NCBI GenBank assembly: GCA_963761335.1
Contig: CAVXGR010000011.1
Span: 384,001-448,000 of the forward strand
From: an uncultured delta proteobacterium
GTDB lineage: Bacteria; Desulfobacterota; Binatia; HRBIN30; BPIQ01
Direction: 5' to 3'
Length of the DNA stretch: 64,000 nt
This document shows, in pieces, positions 1-10,632 of this stretch. The notes below the pieces were generated by a model. The model was given only the letters and a program-made list of their open reading frames with translations, was not told the DNA's origin and did no database searches. The translations under genes were made by a program, and so were the position numbers. Within the stretch, counting starts at the first letter, position 1; every line of letters begins with the position of its first letter.

Positions 1-305
1 AGTACGGCCAGAAGGATCTGGGCGAGATCATCGCCGCGGAGCTGCCAGACGTCGGCGAGGCCATCGAGATCGGCGAGCCATTCGGCGAGCTCGAGTCGCG
101 GCGGACGGTGCAGGAGCTGATCGCGCCGGTATCGGGAACGGTGACGGCGGTGAACACCGAGATCGAGGGAAACCCCGGCCTCATCAACGAAGACCCGCAC
201 TTCGACGGCTGGCTGATCGAGATCGAGCTCTCCGGCGAAGGCGAGCTCGAAGACCTCATGGGCGCCGACGAGTACGACGAGTTCGTCGAAGAAGAAAGCG
301 AATAG
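1..305 (+). CDS. gcvH: Glycine cleavage H-protein-like (5' truncated by window); lipoyl-Lys position is Arg
   Basis: Frame from nt 3 reads [18 protein letters not shown]...[25 protein letters not shown]...[14 protein letters not shown], matching GcvH family motifs. Confidence 0.85.
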   Translation, partial: YGQKDLGEIIAAELPDVGEAIEIGEPFGELESRRTVQELIAPVSGTVTAVNTEIEGNPGLINEDPHFDGWLIEIELSGEGELEDLMGADEYDEFVEEESE

Positions 306-1036
306 TGAACCTTCTTCGCCGGTACGGCCTCGGCTGGGTGGTGCTGACGGCCGTCGCCGCCGGCTGCGCCGCGCACTCCGGACGCGAGCTCAGCGCGTCG
401 GACTTCGCAAACGCCCGCAAGCAGATGGTCGAGCGCGATCTGCGCGGCCGCGGCCTCCGCGACGAGCGCCTGCTCGACGCCATGGGTCGCGTGCCGCGCG
501 AGCTCTTCGTGCCGCCGCGACTCCGCGCCCGCGCCTACGACGACAGCCCGCTGCCGATCGACCGCGAGCAGACGATCTCGCAGCCCTTCATCGTGGCGCT
601 GATGACCGAGGTCCTGAAGCTGCCGCCGCACGCGCGCGTTCTCGAGGTGGGCACCGGCTCCGGATACCAGGCGGCGGTTCTGGCCGAGATGGGGGCGGAG
701 GTCTACTCCATCGAGATCATCCCCGAGCTCGCCGAGCAGGCGCGCCAGCGGCTGGCGGCGCTCGGCTACGACAAGGTGCACGTGCGCGCCGGCGACGGCT
801 ACCACGGCTGGCCCGAGGAAGCGCCCTTCGACGCCGTCATCATCACTGCCGCCATTCCGGTGGTGCCGCTGCAGCTGGTGCGGCAGCTGAAGGAGGGCGG
901 CGTCATGGTGTTCCCCCAGGGCTCGGGCCCCGAGCAGGACCTCATCCGCGGGCGCAAGGGCCCGGTGGGGTTGCGCATGGAGTCGCTCGGCGCCGTGCGC
1001 TTCGTGCCAATGACCGGGGCGGTACGGGGGCAGTGA
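305..1036 (+). CDS. pcm: Protein-L-isoaspartate O-methyltransferase with N-terminal lipoprotein-like signal
   Basis: [56 protein letters not shown] motifs. Confidence 0.95.
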   Translation: MNLLRRYGLGWVVLTAVAAGCAAHSGRELSASDFANARKQMVERDLRGRGLRDERLLDAMGRVPRELFVPPRLRARAYDDSPLPIDREQTISQPFIVALMTEVLKLPPHARVLEVGTGSGYQAAVLAEMGAEVYSIEIIPELAEQARQRLAALGYDKVHVRAGDGYHGWPEEAPFDAVIITAAIPVVPLQLVRQLKEGGVMVFPQGSGPEQDLIRGRKGPVGLRMESLGAVRFVPMTGAVRGQ

Positions 1037-1072
1037 GGCTCTGATTAGACGAGGCGTCTCGCCTCGTCAGGA

Positions 1073-1122
1073 GTAGAAGCGCCGTCCCGGCGCTTTCCGA
1101 AGCGGCGAGACGCCGCTTCTAC
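1073..1122. repeat. GTAG-type REP doublet (family A), copy 1
   Basis: GTAG-AAGCGCCG-TCC-CGGCGCTT-TCCG-AAGCGGCG-AGA-CGCCGCTT-CTAC; recurs 8 times in the window. Confidence 0.9.
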
Positions 1123-1176
1123 TTGGCCCGCGGGCCGGCGAAATCGTTTTGCCCGGGCCTTGAGACGGCCTCTTGC

Positions 1177-1203
1177 ACCCGGGGCTACATGCCCCTGCCC
1201 CTG
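1177..1203. repeat. Half copy of family B REP (CCCGGGGCTACATGCC)
   Basis: Matches the right arm of the element at 10056-10320. Confidence 0.55.
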
Positions 1204-1237
1204 CCCGTCCTTGGATCGGGGATGAAACGGCGGAGAT

Positions 1238-3019
<1,782 letters not shown>

Positions 3020-3020
3020 A

Positions 3021-3617
3021 ATGGGAATCGGAACCATCATCCTGATCGTGCTCGCGCTGGTCGCCGTGTGGGCGATCTTCACCTACAACGGCCTGGTGAC
3101 GCTCCGCAATCGCGTCGCCAACGCCTGGCGCCAGATCGACGTGCAGCTCAAGCGCCGGCACGATCTGATCCCCAACCTGGTGGAGACGGTCAAGGGCGCC
3201 ATGGAGTTCGAGCGCGACACCCTCGAGCGCGTGATGGCGGCGCGGGCGCGCGCCATGACGGCTCGCGGCCCCGCGGAGAGCGCCGAGACGGAAAACGCCC
3301 TGACGCAGAGCCTCGGACGCCTGTTCGCGGTGATGGAAAACTATCCCGTTCTCCAGTCCAACCAGAACGCCCTGCAGCTGCAGGAGGAGATCACCACGAC
3401 GGAGAACCAGATCAGCTTCGCGCGGCAGTACTACAACGACTCGGTGACCATCTACAACACGCGCCAGCAGGTGTTCCCGGCGAACCTGATTGCTGGCGCC
3501 TTCGCCTTCCAGCCGAGCGAGCTGTTCAACGCCACCGCCGAGGATCGCGAGACGCCAAAGGTGGACCTGACCCTGCACGACGGCTCGCACAGCGGCGCGC
3601 CGGCGCGAGCCAGCTGA
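3021..3617 (+). CDS. lemA: LemA family protein
   Basis: N-terminal TM, YNGLV, WRQIDVQLKRRHDLIPNLVETVKG, ENYP, FPANLIA. Confidence 0.95.
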   Translation: MGIGTIILIVLALVAVWAIFTYNGLVTLRNRVANAWRQIDVQLKRRHDLIPNLVETVKGAMEFERDTLERVMAARARAMTARGPAESAETENALTQSLGRLFAVMENYPVLQSNQNALQLQEEITTTENQISFARQYYNDSVTIYNTRQQVFPANLIAGAFAFQPSELFNATAEDRETPKVDLTLHDGSHSGAPARAS

Positions 3618-3639
3618 GCGCCCGCCGGAGGCCAGATCT

Positions 3640-4659
3640 GTGTCGGTCGCCGGACTGCAGGCGGCGGGCGCTGTCGGACGAGAGCCGCGCGCCCGATCGC
3701 TGATCTCCGCTCCGCCGGTCACCTTCGACGAACGGCAGTCGGAGAATCGCCGCCGCACCGCGTTCTTCCTCTTCCTCTTCCTCCTCCTCTTCGTCGCCTT
3801 GGGCTTCGGCCTCGACGTCGCCACGCGCGGCTTCCTGCAGCCGGACGGGGCTCAGTATCCGCTGATCACCGCCAGCGCCTTCGCGGGATCGCTGTCGCTC
3901 AGCCTGCTCTCCTACTACTGGGGGCCGAGCCTGGTTCTGGCGTCGCTGCAGGCGCAGCCGCTGACGCCATCCAACCCGGAGTACGCCCAGCTCGACAACA
4001 TCGTCACCGAGATGGCCCTGGCCTCGGGCATGCCGCGACCGGCGCTCTACGTCATCCCCGATCCATCGCCCAACGCTCTCGCCACCGGGCGCGACCCGCA
4101 GCACGCGGCGCTGTGCGTCACCCGGGGCGCTCTGCTGCTTCTCGACCGCGAGGAGACCCAGGGCGTGGTGGCGCACGAGATGGCGCACATCGCCAACCGC
4201 GACACGCTGACGATGACCGTGGTCGGCGTCCTGCTCGGCGCCGTGGCGATGATGGCCGACTGGTCGCGGCGCACCCTGTACTACTCCCGCAGCCGCCGCG
4301 GGCGATCCAGCGGCGTGCTGCTGCCGCTGGTGTTTCTGCTGGCGGCGTTGGCGCCGCTGCTCTCGCGGCTGCTCGCCATGGCCGTATCGCGCCAGCGCGA
4401 GTATCTCGCCGACGCCACCGCCGTGCAGTTCACCCGCAACCCGATGGGGCTGGTGCACGCCCTCGAGAAGATCAGCGGCTCCGTCTCGCCGCTGCGTCAC
4501 GCCAGCCGCGGGACGGCGCACCTGTTCATCAGCGACCCGCTGCACCGCAAGCTCGGCGAGCGCGAGGGCCGGCTCGCGGATCTTCTCAGCACGCATCCAC
4601 CCATCGCCCGCCGCATCGCCATCCTGCGGGCGATGGCGCACGGGGGTCTCTATGAGTGA
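3640..4659 (+). CDS. htpX: HtpX/M48 membrane zinc metalloprotease
   Basis: PNALATGRDP, HEMAH, SRQREYLAD, STHPP; adjacent to lemA. Confidence 0.93.
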   Translation: MSVAGLQAAGAVGREPRARSLISAPPVTFDERQSENRRRTAFFLFLFLLLFVALGFGLDVATRGFLQPDGAQYPLITASAFAGSLSLSLLSYYWGPSLVLASLQAQPLTPSNPEYAQLDNIVTEMALASGMPRPALYVIPDPSPNALATGRDPQHAALCVTRGALLLLDREETQGVVAHEMAHIANRDTLTMTVVGVLLGAVAMMADWSRRTLYYSRSRRGRSSGVLLPLVFLLAALAPLLSRLLAMAVSRQREYLADATAVQFTRNPMGLVHALEKISGSVSPLRHASRGTAHLFISDPLHRKLGEREGRLADLLSTHPPIARRIAILRAMAHGGLYE

Positions 4660-5266
4660 TGCGAGTGCGGCGACGGCTTCGGCGGCACTGCTCTGCCCGC
4701 AGTGCGGCACCGCTCTCCGCAGCGTCAAGGCGCGCGGGCGCAGCGGCTATCTCCTCGTCCTCGACCAGTGCGGCTCCTGCGGCGGCCTGTGGTGCGACAA
4801 GTGGGAGCTGTTCCCCATCGACTCCGGCGAGGTGGACCGACTCGACCCCGTCGACCACGCCGCCCTGCACGCGGCCGCCCCCGCCGCGGCCGGCATGCGC
4901 TGTCCCCGCTGCCGCATTCCGCTGCGCCGCTTTCAGGATCCGGTGCTGCCGAGCGACGTTCACCTCGATCGCTGCCCGCTGTGCGAAGGTCTCTGGCTCA
5001 ACGCCGGAGAGCTGCGCAAGTACGACGCCTACCGGCGCCGTAACCCGTCCGCCCCGAAGCCCATCTCACCGGAAACGGTGGAGGCCATCTCCACCGCCTG
5101 CCAGCACCCGATGCGCTGGAGCACGGTGCAGAACCTGAGTGCCAACACCGTCGACGGCACTTCCACTGCGGACGACGCGGAGATCCCCGAGACCGGCAAA
5201 ATACTCTGGGAGGGAGCCGCCTGGATGGCGGTGCGGGCCCTGCTCGGCCTGCTGATCCGCCTCTGA
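4652..5266 (+). CDS. Protein with two zf-TFIIB-type zinc ribbons and hydrophobic C-terminus
   Basis: CPQC...DQCGSCGGLWCD and CPRC...DRCPLCEGLWLNAGEL. Confidence 0.8.
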   Translation: MSDASAATASAALLCPQCGTALRSVKARGRSGYLLVLDQCGSCGGLWCDKWELFPIDSGEVDRLDPVDHAALHAAAPAAAGMRCPRCRIPLRRFQDPVLPSDVHLDRCPLCEGLWLNAGELRKYDAYRRRNPSAPKPISPETVEAISTACQHPMRWSTVQNLSANTVDGTSTADDAEIPETGKILWEGAAWMAVRALLGLLIRL

Positions 5267-5361
5267 CAAGCCGCATTAAAACGATCTGCTACCCAGGTGC
5301 AGGAGAGGACACAACGGCATTTTACGGCCCCGAATTTCTCTGTGGGTGCCGAGGTTCGGCC

Positions 5362-5430
5362 TTTAAAAAAAAGTTTCGAAATCGTGAAATCACCCTTGAC
5401 ACTTTGGCTGCGGTTCCTATAATCCGCGCC
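5362..5430 (+). promoter_or_regulatory. Strong sigma70 promoter with UP-like A-tract and GC-rich discriminator
   Basis: TTGACA 5396-5401, 16-bp spacer, TATAAT 5418-5423, CCGCGCC discriminator, TTTAAAAAAAAGTTT at 5362-5376. Confidence 0.85.
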
Positions 5431-5527
5431 TATGTGGGGTGGTGGTGGATTGAGGAGGAAGTGCCTGGAACGAAGGGATTTGTGGGGTAGTTGTGTTGCG
5501 GTCGTAACAGCAGCAAGGAGGTAGCCT

Positions 5528-5632
5528 ATGGCTGTCAAGAAAGCGAAAGCCGGAGCGAAGAAGAAAGCAGTCGCAAAGAAGAAGGCCCCGGCCAAGAAGA
5601 AAACCACTACGGCAAAGAAGAAGAAGAAGTAG
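5528..5632 (+). CDS. 34-aa lysine-rich (histone H1-like) small protein, absent from ORF track
   Basis: MAVKKAKAGAKKKAVAKKKAPAKKKTTTAKKKKK*; AAGGAGGT RBS upstream; own promoter and terminators. Confidence 0.85.
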   Translation: MAVKKAKAGAKKKAVAKKKAPAKKKTTTAKKKKK

Positions 5633-5647
5633 CTTCACCCTGTCAGT

Positions 5648-5675
5648 GGCCTGATTCACAGGCCAAGTTTTTTTC
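5648..5675 (+). terminator. Short hairpin plus T-run downstream of the small protein
   Basis: TGGCCTG-ATTCA-CAGGCCA followed by AGTTTTTTT. Confidence 0.55.
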
Positions 5676-5711
5676 CCTTCGACCAGGCAGAGCCCTCGGG
5701 CTCGAAGGAAG

Positions 5712-5748
5712 AAGCCCTTCGGTGGAATCACCGAAGGGCTTTTTCTTT
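5712..5748 (+). terminator. Rho-independent terminator
   Basis: AAGCCCTTCGGTG-GAAT-CACCGAAGGGCTT then TTTCTTT. Confidence 0.85.
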
Positions 5749-5763
5749 GGTATGGAGGAATTG

Positions 5764-6525
5764 ATGGAGCTCAGACTCGGCGAGTTCGGCGTCACCGCAA
5801 CCGCGGCGGAGCGTCCCAAGTACGACGCGCCGCTGCTCTTCGTGCACGGCCTGTGGACGGGCATCTGGATCTGGCGCAACTTCGCCACGCACCTCGCCCA
5901 TCGCGGCTGGTCGTCGTATCAGGTGGTGTTGCGCAGCAGCGCGGAGGCGCCGGGGGCGGATCTCACCGTCTCGCTGCAGCGCGTCGTCGATCGCCTCGAT
6001 TCGCCGCCGATCGTCATCGGTCACGGCGCCGGTGGCCTGCTGGCGATGCGGCTCGGCGGCCTTCGCGCCGCCGTCGGGCTGACGCCGCTTCTGCCGGAGA
6101 ATCTGCATCGCGACCCGGTGCTCGCCAGCGTACGCGCCCGCCTCTGGCGCGGCCTGCGCCGGCCGTTCCGTCCCTCGCGGCGACAGGCAGCGCGCTTTCT
6201 CGGCGTACGCGCCGAGGTACTGGTGGCCGAGCCGCCGCCGTGGATCGACTCCTTTCGGCGCGGCGCGCCGCTGTCGAACGGATCGCTGCCCTCCTTCCCG
6301 CGCCTGCTGATGGCGGGGGCCGAGGACCGCCGCAGCCCGCCGGCCGCGGTGGCGCAGCTGGCGGCGCGGCTGAGCGCCGACTTCCACACCTGCGCCGGCG
6401 CCGATCACGCCCTGCCGTTCGGCGCCACCTGGGAGCGCGCCGTCGGCGAGGTCCACCGCTGGGCCATCAAGCGGCTCGGAGAGCCGTTGCTCCTCTTGCG
6501 GGGTGACGAAGACCTGCGCGAGTGA
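5764..6525 (+). CDS. Alpha/beta hydrolase fold protein; nucleophile Ser replaced by Gly
   Basis: LLFVHG, IVIGHGAGG (for GHSxGG), GAED, DH; ATG 5764 with GGAGGA RBS. Confidence 0.8.
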   Translation: MELRLGEFGVTATAAERPKYDAPLLFVHGLWTGIWIWRNFATHLAHRGWSSYQVVLRSSAEAPGADLTVSLQRVVDRLDSPPIVIGHGAGGLLAMRLGGLRAAVGLTPLLPENLHRDPVLASVRARLWRGLRRPFRPSRRQAARFLGVRAEVLVAEPPPWIDSFRRGAPLSNGSLPSFPRLLMAGAEDRRSPPAAVAQLAARLSADFHTCAGADHALPFGATWERAVGEVHRWAIKRLGEPLLLLRGDEDLRE

Positions 6526-6727
6526 GTGGCGCGTCGCGGAGCCTCTCCAACAACCCTGGCGTCGACTCAGATCGCCCCGTAGGGGCGCAGGCTGCACCTG
6601 AAGTGCCGCGACTGCGGTACCCGGCGTGCATTGACCCCAGGCGTGCCGGCGCCGACGATGGTACGCACCGGGGCACAGGCGTTGCACAGAGACCGGGCAA
6701 CGCAAAACTCACGGAGGGCGTTAGACC

Positions 6728-8011
6728 ATGCATCTGCGCGAGAAGCTCGACGACGTGTTCTTCGGTGTGGAGATGGGAGTGCGCGCCGCGGCGGAGTGGA
6801 TGACCACCGGCGCGGTGTTCAACCCGCTGCGCGCTGAGCTGCGCCACGACCCCTATCCCTTCTACCACTGGCTGCGCGAAAAGGATCCCGTCCACCGCAG
6901 CTACCCCGCGGGCGGCTGGGTCCTGTCGCGCTACGACGACATCTTTGCGGTGCTCTCCGATCGCGCCTTCTCGGCCGACGAGCGCAACTGGCAGCGCTAT
7001 CGCCGCGAGAGCGCCCGCAACGCCCGCGCCGGCTTTCCCGATCCGTACGAGACCGGCATCGTCTCCATGCTGCGCACCGACCCGCCGGACCACACGCGCC
7101 TGCGCACCCTGGTCTCCAAGGCGTTCACACCGCGCGCCGTCGAGCACATGCGCCCGCGCCTCGAGGCGGTGGTGGCGGAGCTGCTCGACGGCATCGAGGC
7201 GCGCCGCGAGTTCGATCTGATGGGCGATTTCGCCTCGCCTCTGCCGGTGTCGATCATCGCCGAGATGCTCGGTGTCGCCGTCGAGGACCGCGACCGCTTC
7301 CGCCACTGGTCGAACGAGGTGATCCGCGTCCTCGGCGACGGCACCAACGAGGATCGCCGCCGCGGTTGGAAGGCCATGCAGGAGATGCGCGACTGGCTGG
7401 CGCTGCAGATCGAGACGCGCCGGCAGGCGCCGCGCGACGATCTTCTCTCCGCCCTGGTCGCCGCCGAGGAAGCCGGCGAGCACTTGAGCACCACCGAGCT
7501 GTTCGCCACCTGCCTGCTTCTCCTGGTCGCCGGCAACGAGACCACCACCAACCTGATCGGCAACGGCATCATCGCCCTGCTGCGCAACCCCGAGCAGCTC
7601 GACATCCTCCGCCGCCAGCCGGAACGGCTCCCCGCCGCCATCGAGGAGCTGCTGCGCTACGACAGCCCGGTGCAGCTGACCTCGCGCATGGCACTCGAGA
7701 ACCGTTCCTTCCAGGGCCGCGCGCTGCGCCGGGGACAGCAGATCGTGCTCCTCATCGGCGCCGGCAACCGCGACCCGCAGCGCTTCGAGAATCCCGATCA
7801 GCTCGACGTGCGCCGCGAGGACGTCCGCCCGCTCTCCTTCGGCCACGGCATCCATTACTGCCTCGGCGCCCAGCTGGCGCGCCTGGAGACACAGATCGCC
7901 CTCGAGGCACTGCTGCCGCGCTTCCCCGACCTGCGCTTCGGCAACGGCGACCTCCTGTGGAGCGACAACACCGTCCTGCGCGGTCCGCGCCGCCTGTCGC
8001 TGGCGGCGTAG
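6728..8011 (+). CDS. Cytochrome P450
   Basis: DPPDHTRLR, AGNETT (I helix), EELLR, FGHGIHYCLG heme motif. Confidence 0.97.
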   Translation: MHLREKLDDVFFGVEMGVRAAAEWMTTGAVFNPLRAELRHDPYPFYHWLREKDPVHRSYPAGGWVLSRYDDIFAVLSDRAFSADERNWQRYRRESARNARAGFPDPYETGIVSMLRTDPPDHTRLRTLVSKAFTPRAVEHMRPRLEAVVAELLDGIEARREFDLMGDFASPLPVSIIAEMLGVAVEDRDRFRHWSNEVIRVLGDGTNEDRRRGWKAMQEMRDWLALQIETRRQAPRDDLLSALVAAEEAGEHLSTTELFATCLLLLVAGNETTTNLIGNGIIALLRNPEQLDILRRQPERLPAAIEELLRYDSPVQLTSRMALENRSFQGRALRRGQQIVLLIGAGNRDPQRFENPDQLDVRREDVRPLSFGHGIHYCLGAQLARLETQIALEALLPRFPDLRFGNGDLLWSDNTVLRGPRRLSLAA

Positions 8012-8058
8012 AAGCGGCGTCTCGCCGCTTCCCGGAAGCGCCGAGACGGCGCTTCTGC
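8008..8058. repeat. REP doublet family A, copy 2 (contains the P450 TAG stop)
   Basis: GTAGAAGCGGCGTCTCGCCGCTT...AAGCGCCGAGACGGCGCTTCTGC. Confidence 0.85.
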
Positions 8059-8137
8059 TCGTCGACGCCCTTTCCCGCGTTTCCTTTCCGTCGGTCAACG
8101 AGGCGTGTATGTGCACTCGAATCGGGACCGCAGCACG

Positions 8138-9949
8138 ATGAGCGACGACAGAACGACACATGCGAGCAACGGCGCGCCGGCGCAGGAGTACGCCGCCAGG
8201 CTGGGGCGACGGAGTGAGCGGGCTCGAAAGCTCGCTCTACTGGAGCGGCGAATCTCCAACTCGCGGCTCCTCGTCTTCATCGCCGGCGTCGCCATCGCTT
8301 GGGCGGCCATTGATGCGAGGGCAATGTCGCCGTGGTGGATCGCCGCGCCGTTTCTGCTCTTCGTCGCTCTCCTCTTCGTCCACGACCGCGTCATTCGCCA
8401 GCGCCGCCGCGCCGACCGCGCCGTGAAGCTCTACGAGGCCGGGGTGGCGCGACTCGAGGACCGATGGTCGGGGGGCGGCAGCCGCGGCGACGATCTTCTC
8501 GACGAGCACCATCCCTACGCCGCGGACCTCGACCTGTTCGGGCGCGGCTCGCTATTCGAGCGCCTGTGCGCGGCGCGCACCCAGGGTGGTGAAGCGACGC
8601 TGGCGCGGTGGCTGTGTGCTCCCGCCGAGCCCGAGGCCATCCGCGCCCGCCAGGCCGCCGTGGAAGAGCTGCGACCGTTGCTGGATCTGCGCGAGGAGCT
8701 GGCGCTCGTCGGCGCCGAGGTTCGCGCCCAGCTCGATCCCGAAGCTCTCGAGGCCTGGGCGGCCGCACCGGCGGAGCTGGCGTCGCCACGCCTGCGCATC
8801 GCCGCCGCCCTGCTGGCGGCGGCAACCGCGGCAACGGCCACCGCGGCGGCGCTCGGCTCCAGCCTGCTGCCGCTGCTTGCCGCCCTGGTTCTGGAAGGCG
8901 TGTTCGCGCTGTCGCTGCGACGTCGGGTGCTGGGCGTCATCCGCGCCGTCGAGCGGCCCGGACGCGACCTGGCGCTGCTCGCCGCGATGCTCGCCGTTCT
9001 CGAACGGGAGCAGTTTGCCGCGGCGCGGTTGATCGAGCTGCGCGCCGCTCTCGATACCGACGGCCTGCCGCCCTCCCGGCAGATCGATCTGCTGCGGCGA
9101 CGCGTCGACCGACTCGACAGCCGGCGCAATCAGCTGTTCGCGCCGATCGCCGCGCTCCTCATGTGGGCCACGCAGTGCGCCATGAGCATCGACGCCTGGC
9201 AGGCCCGCTGCGGCGGCGCCGTTGGACGCTGGCTCGCCGCCGTCGCCGAGGTCGAGGCGCTGGCGTCGCTCGCCGGCTACGCCTACGAGCGCCCCGAGGA
9301 TCCGTTTCCGGAGATCGCCGAGCAGGGCCCCGTATTTGCCGGTGAAGGAATCGGCCACCCGCTGCTGCCCGCCAGCCGCTGCGTGCGCAACGACGTCGAG
9401 CTCGACACCCATCTGCAGGTTCTCATCGTCAGCGGCTCCAACATGTCGGGCAAGAGCACTCTCCTGCGCGCCGTCGGCACCAATACCGTCCTGGCGCTGG
9501 CCGGCGCGCCGGTGCGGGCGCGGCGGCTGCGTCTCTCCCCCCTGGCGGTGGGCGCCTCCATCCGCCTGCACGACTCCTTGCAGGAGGGCACCTCGCGTTT
9601 CTACGCCGAGATCAAGCGCCTGCGGCAGATCGTCGACCTCACCGCCGGGGGGCTCCCCTTGCTCTTCCTGCTCGACGAGATCTTTCACGGCACCAACTCC
9701 CACGATCGACGCGTCGGCGCCGAGGCGATCATCCGCAACCTGCTCGATCGCGGCGCCATCGGGCTGGTCACCACGCACGACCTGGCCCTCGCCCGCATCG
9801 CCGAGGCGCTGGCGCCGCGCATCGCCAACGTCCACTTCGCCGACCACCTCGAGGACGGGCGCATCACCTTCGACTACCGCATGCGCCCGGGGGTCGTCGG
9901 CCACAGCAACGCCCTGGCCCTGATGCGCGCCGTCGGACTGGAGGTGTGA
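8138..9949 (+). CDS. MutS-related protein (ATPase domain V, N-terminal TM helices)
   Basis: DLDLFG, GSNMSGKST Walker A, LLDEIFHGTNS, TTHDL, FDYRMRPG; no mismatch-binding domain I. Confidence 0.9.
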   Translation: MSDDRTTHASNGAPAQEYAARLGRRSERARKLALLERRISNSRLLVFIAGVAIAWAAIDARAMSPWWIAAPFLLFVALLFVHDRVIRQRRRADRAVKLYEAGVARLEDRWSGGGSRGDDLLDEHHPYAADLDLFGRGSLFERLCAARTQGGEATLARWLCAPAEPEAIRARQAAVEELRPLLDLREELALVGAEVRAQLDPEALEAWAAAPAELASPRLRIAAALLAAATAATATAAALGSSLLPLLAALVLEGVFALSLRRRVLGVIRAVERPGRDLALLAAMLAVLEREQFAAARLIELRAALDTDGLPPSRQIDLLRRRVDRLDSRRNQLFAPIAALLMWATQCAMSIDAWQARCGGAVGRWLAAVAEVEALASLAGYAYERPEDPFPEIAEQGPVFAGEGIGHPLLPASRCVRNDVELDTHLQVLIVSGSNMSGKSTLLRAVGTNTVLALAGAPVRARRLRLSPLAVGASIRLHDSLQEGTSRFYAEIKRLRQIVDLTAGGLPLLFLLDEIFHGTNSHDRRVGAEAIIRNLLDRGAIGLVTTHDLALARIAEALAPRIANVHFADHLEDGRITFDYRMRPGVVGHSNALALMRAVGLEV

Positions 9950-10055
9950 AAGGGGACAGTGCGTCATGAGCCTTGCGGCTCGCCAGCAGGCGATGAAAAT
10001 GAGGCTGGGATCTGCCCCGTAGAGAGATTTGGCGGTTCTCGCCTGGGCGAAGTTC

Positions 10056-10320
10056 GCTCCGGAGGGGCGCTGGCGTGTAGCCCCGGGTGAAACCCGGGGA
10101 AGAATGCGCGCTCCGTCAGGCGCGCCCCGCCAGGGGCGCGGGCAAGTTTTCGTCGATGTCACGCCTGTACGCCGATGATCACCGCTGGGTGCGTGGGAAG
10201 CTCATCGAGGTGATTCACGCGGCCTCTACGCCGGCGCCCCTGCGGGGCGCTGATCTGGGCCAATCGGAACGCGGTCCCCGGGTTGACACCCGGGGCTACA
10301 TGCCTGCGCCCCTCCGGGGC
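10056..10320. repeat. REPIN/MITE-like element (family B) with ~45-bp terminal inverted repeats
   Basis: GCTCCGGAGGGGCGCTGGCGTGTAGCCCCGGG...CCCGGGGCTACATGCCTGCGCCCCTCCGGGGC; internal GCGCCCC/GGGGCGC hairpins. Confidence 0.8.
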
Positions 10321-10492
10321 GATAGGCCTCCACGCCAAGCGCCGGTGCGCTCCGCCAGACCTCCACCCAACAGATTTTCGAAGCAGTGCGTCATGAGCCT
10401 TACGGCTCGCCAGTAGACGATGAAAATGGACGGCGTCCTGATTCACCGATCAGACGCGTGGGATGATACTTCCGCGCCACGGGGGCGGGTCT

Positions 10493-10632
10493 CCTCTCCC
10501 CGCATCTTTCCGCGGGAGAGGATCAAGGTGAGGGCTTCCTGTCTCACTGAAAGCTAGGTGAATCTCCACGGCCTTCAAAGAGATCGGCGCCCTCACCCTG
10601 GCCCTCTTCCCGCGAGAAGATGCGGGAGAGGG
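10493..10632. repeat. CCCTCTCCC/GGGAGAGGG palindromic element (family C)
   Basis: Close inverted copy, including the spacer, at 31064-31200. Confidence 0.8.

Noticed and set aside
5396..5530. rRNA or tRNA gene after the rRNA-like promoter
   Set aside because: Only a short, split 16S-like match; no extended rRNA sequence or cloverleaf
5029..5607. Minus-strand Phe/Ala-rich ORF
   Set aside because: Antisense of the Lys-rich peptide; promoter, RBS and terminators all point to the plus strand
6575..6720. Additional REP (GTAGGGGCGCAGG...) upstream of the P450
   Set aside because: Single degenerate instance without a clear partner arm in this window
10087..10446. Transposase remnant inside the family B element
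   Set aside because: No HUH, Y1 or DDE motifs in the translations I could inspect
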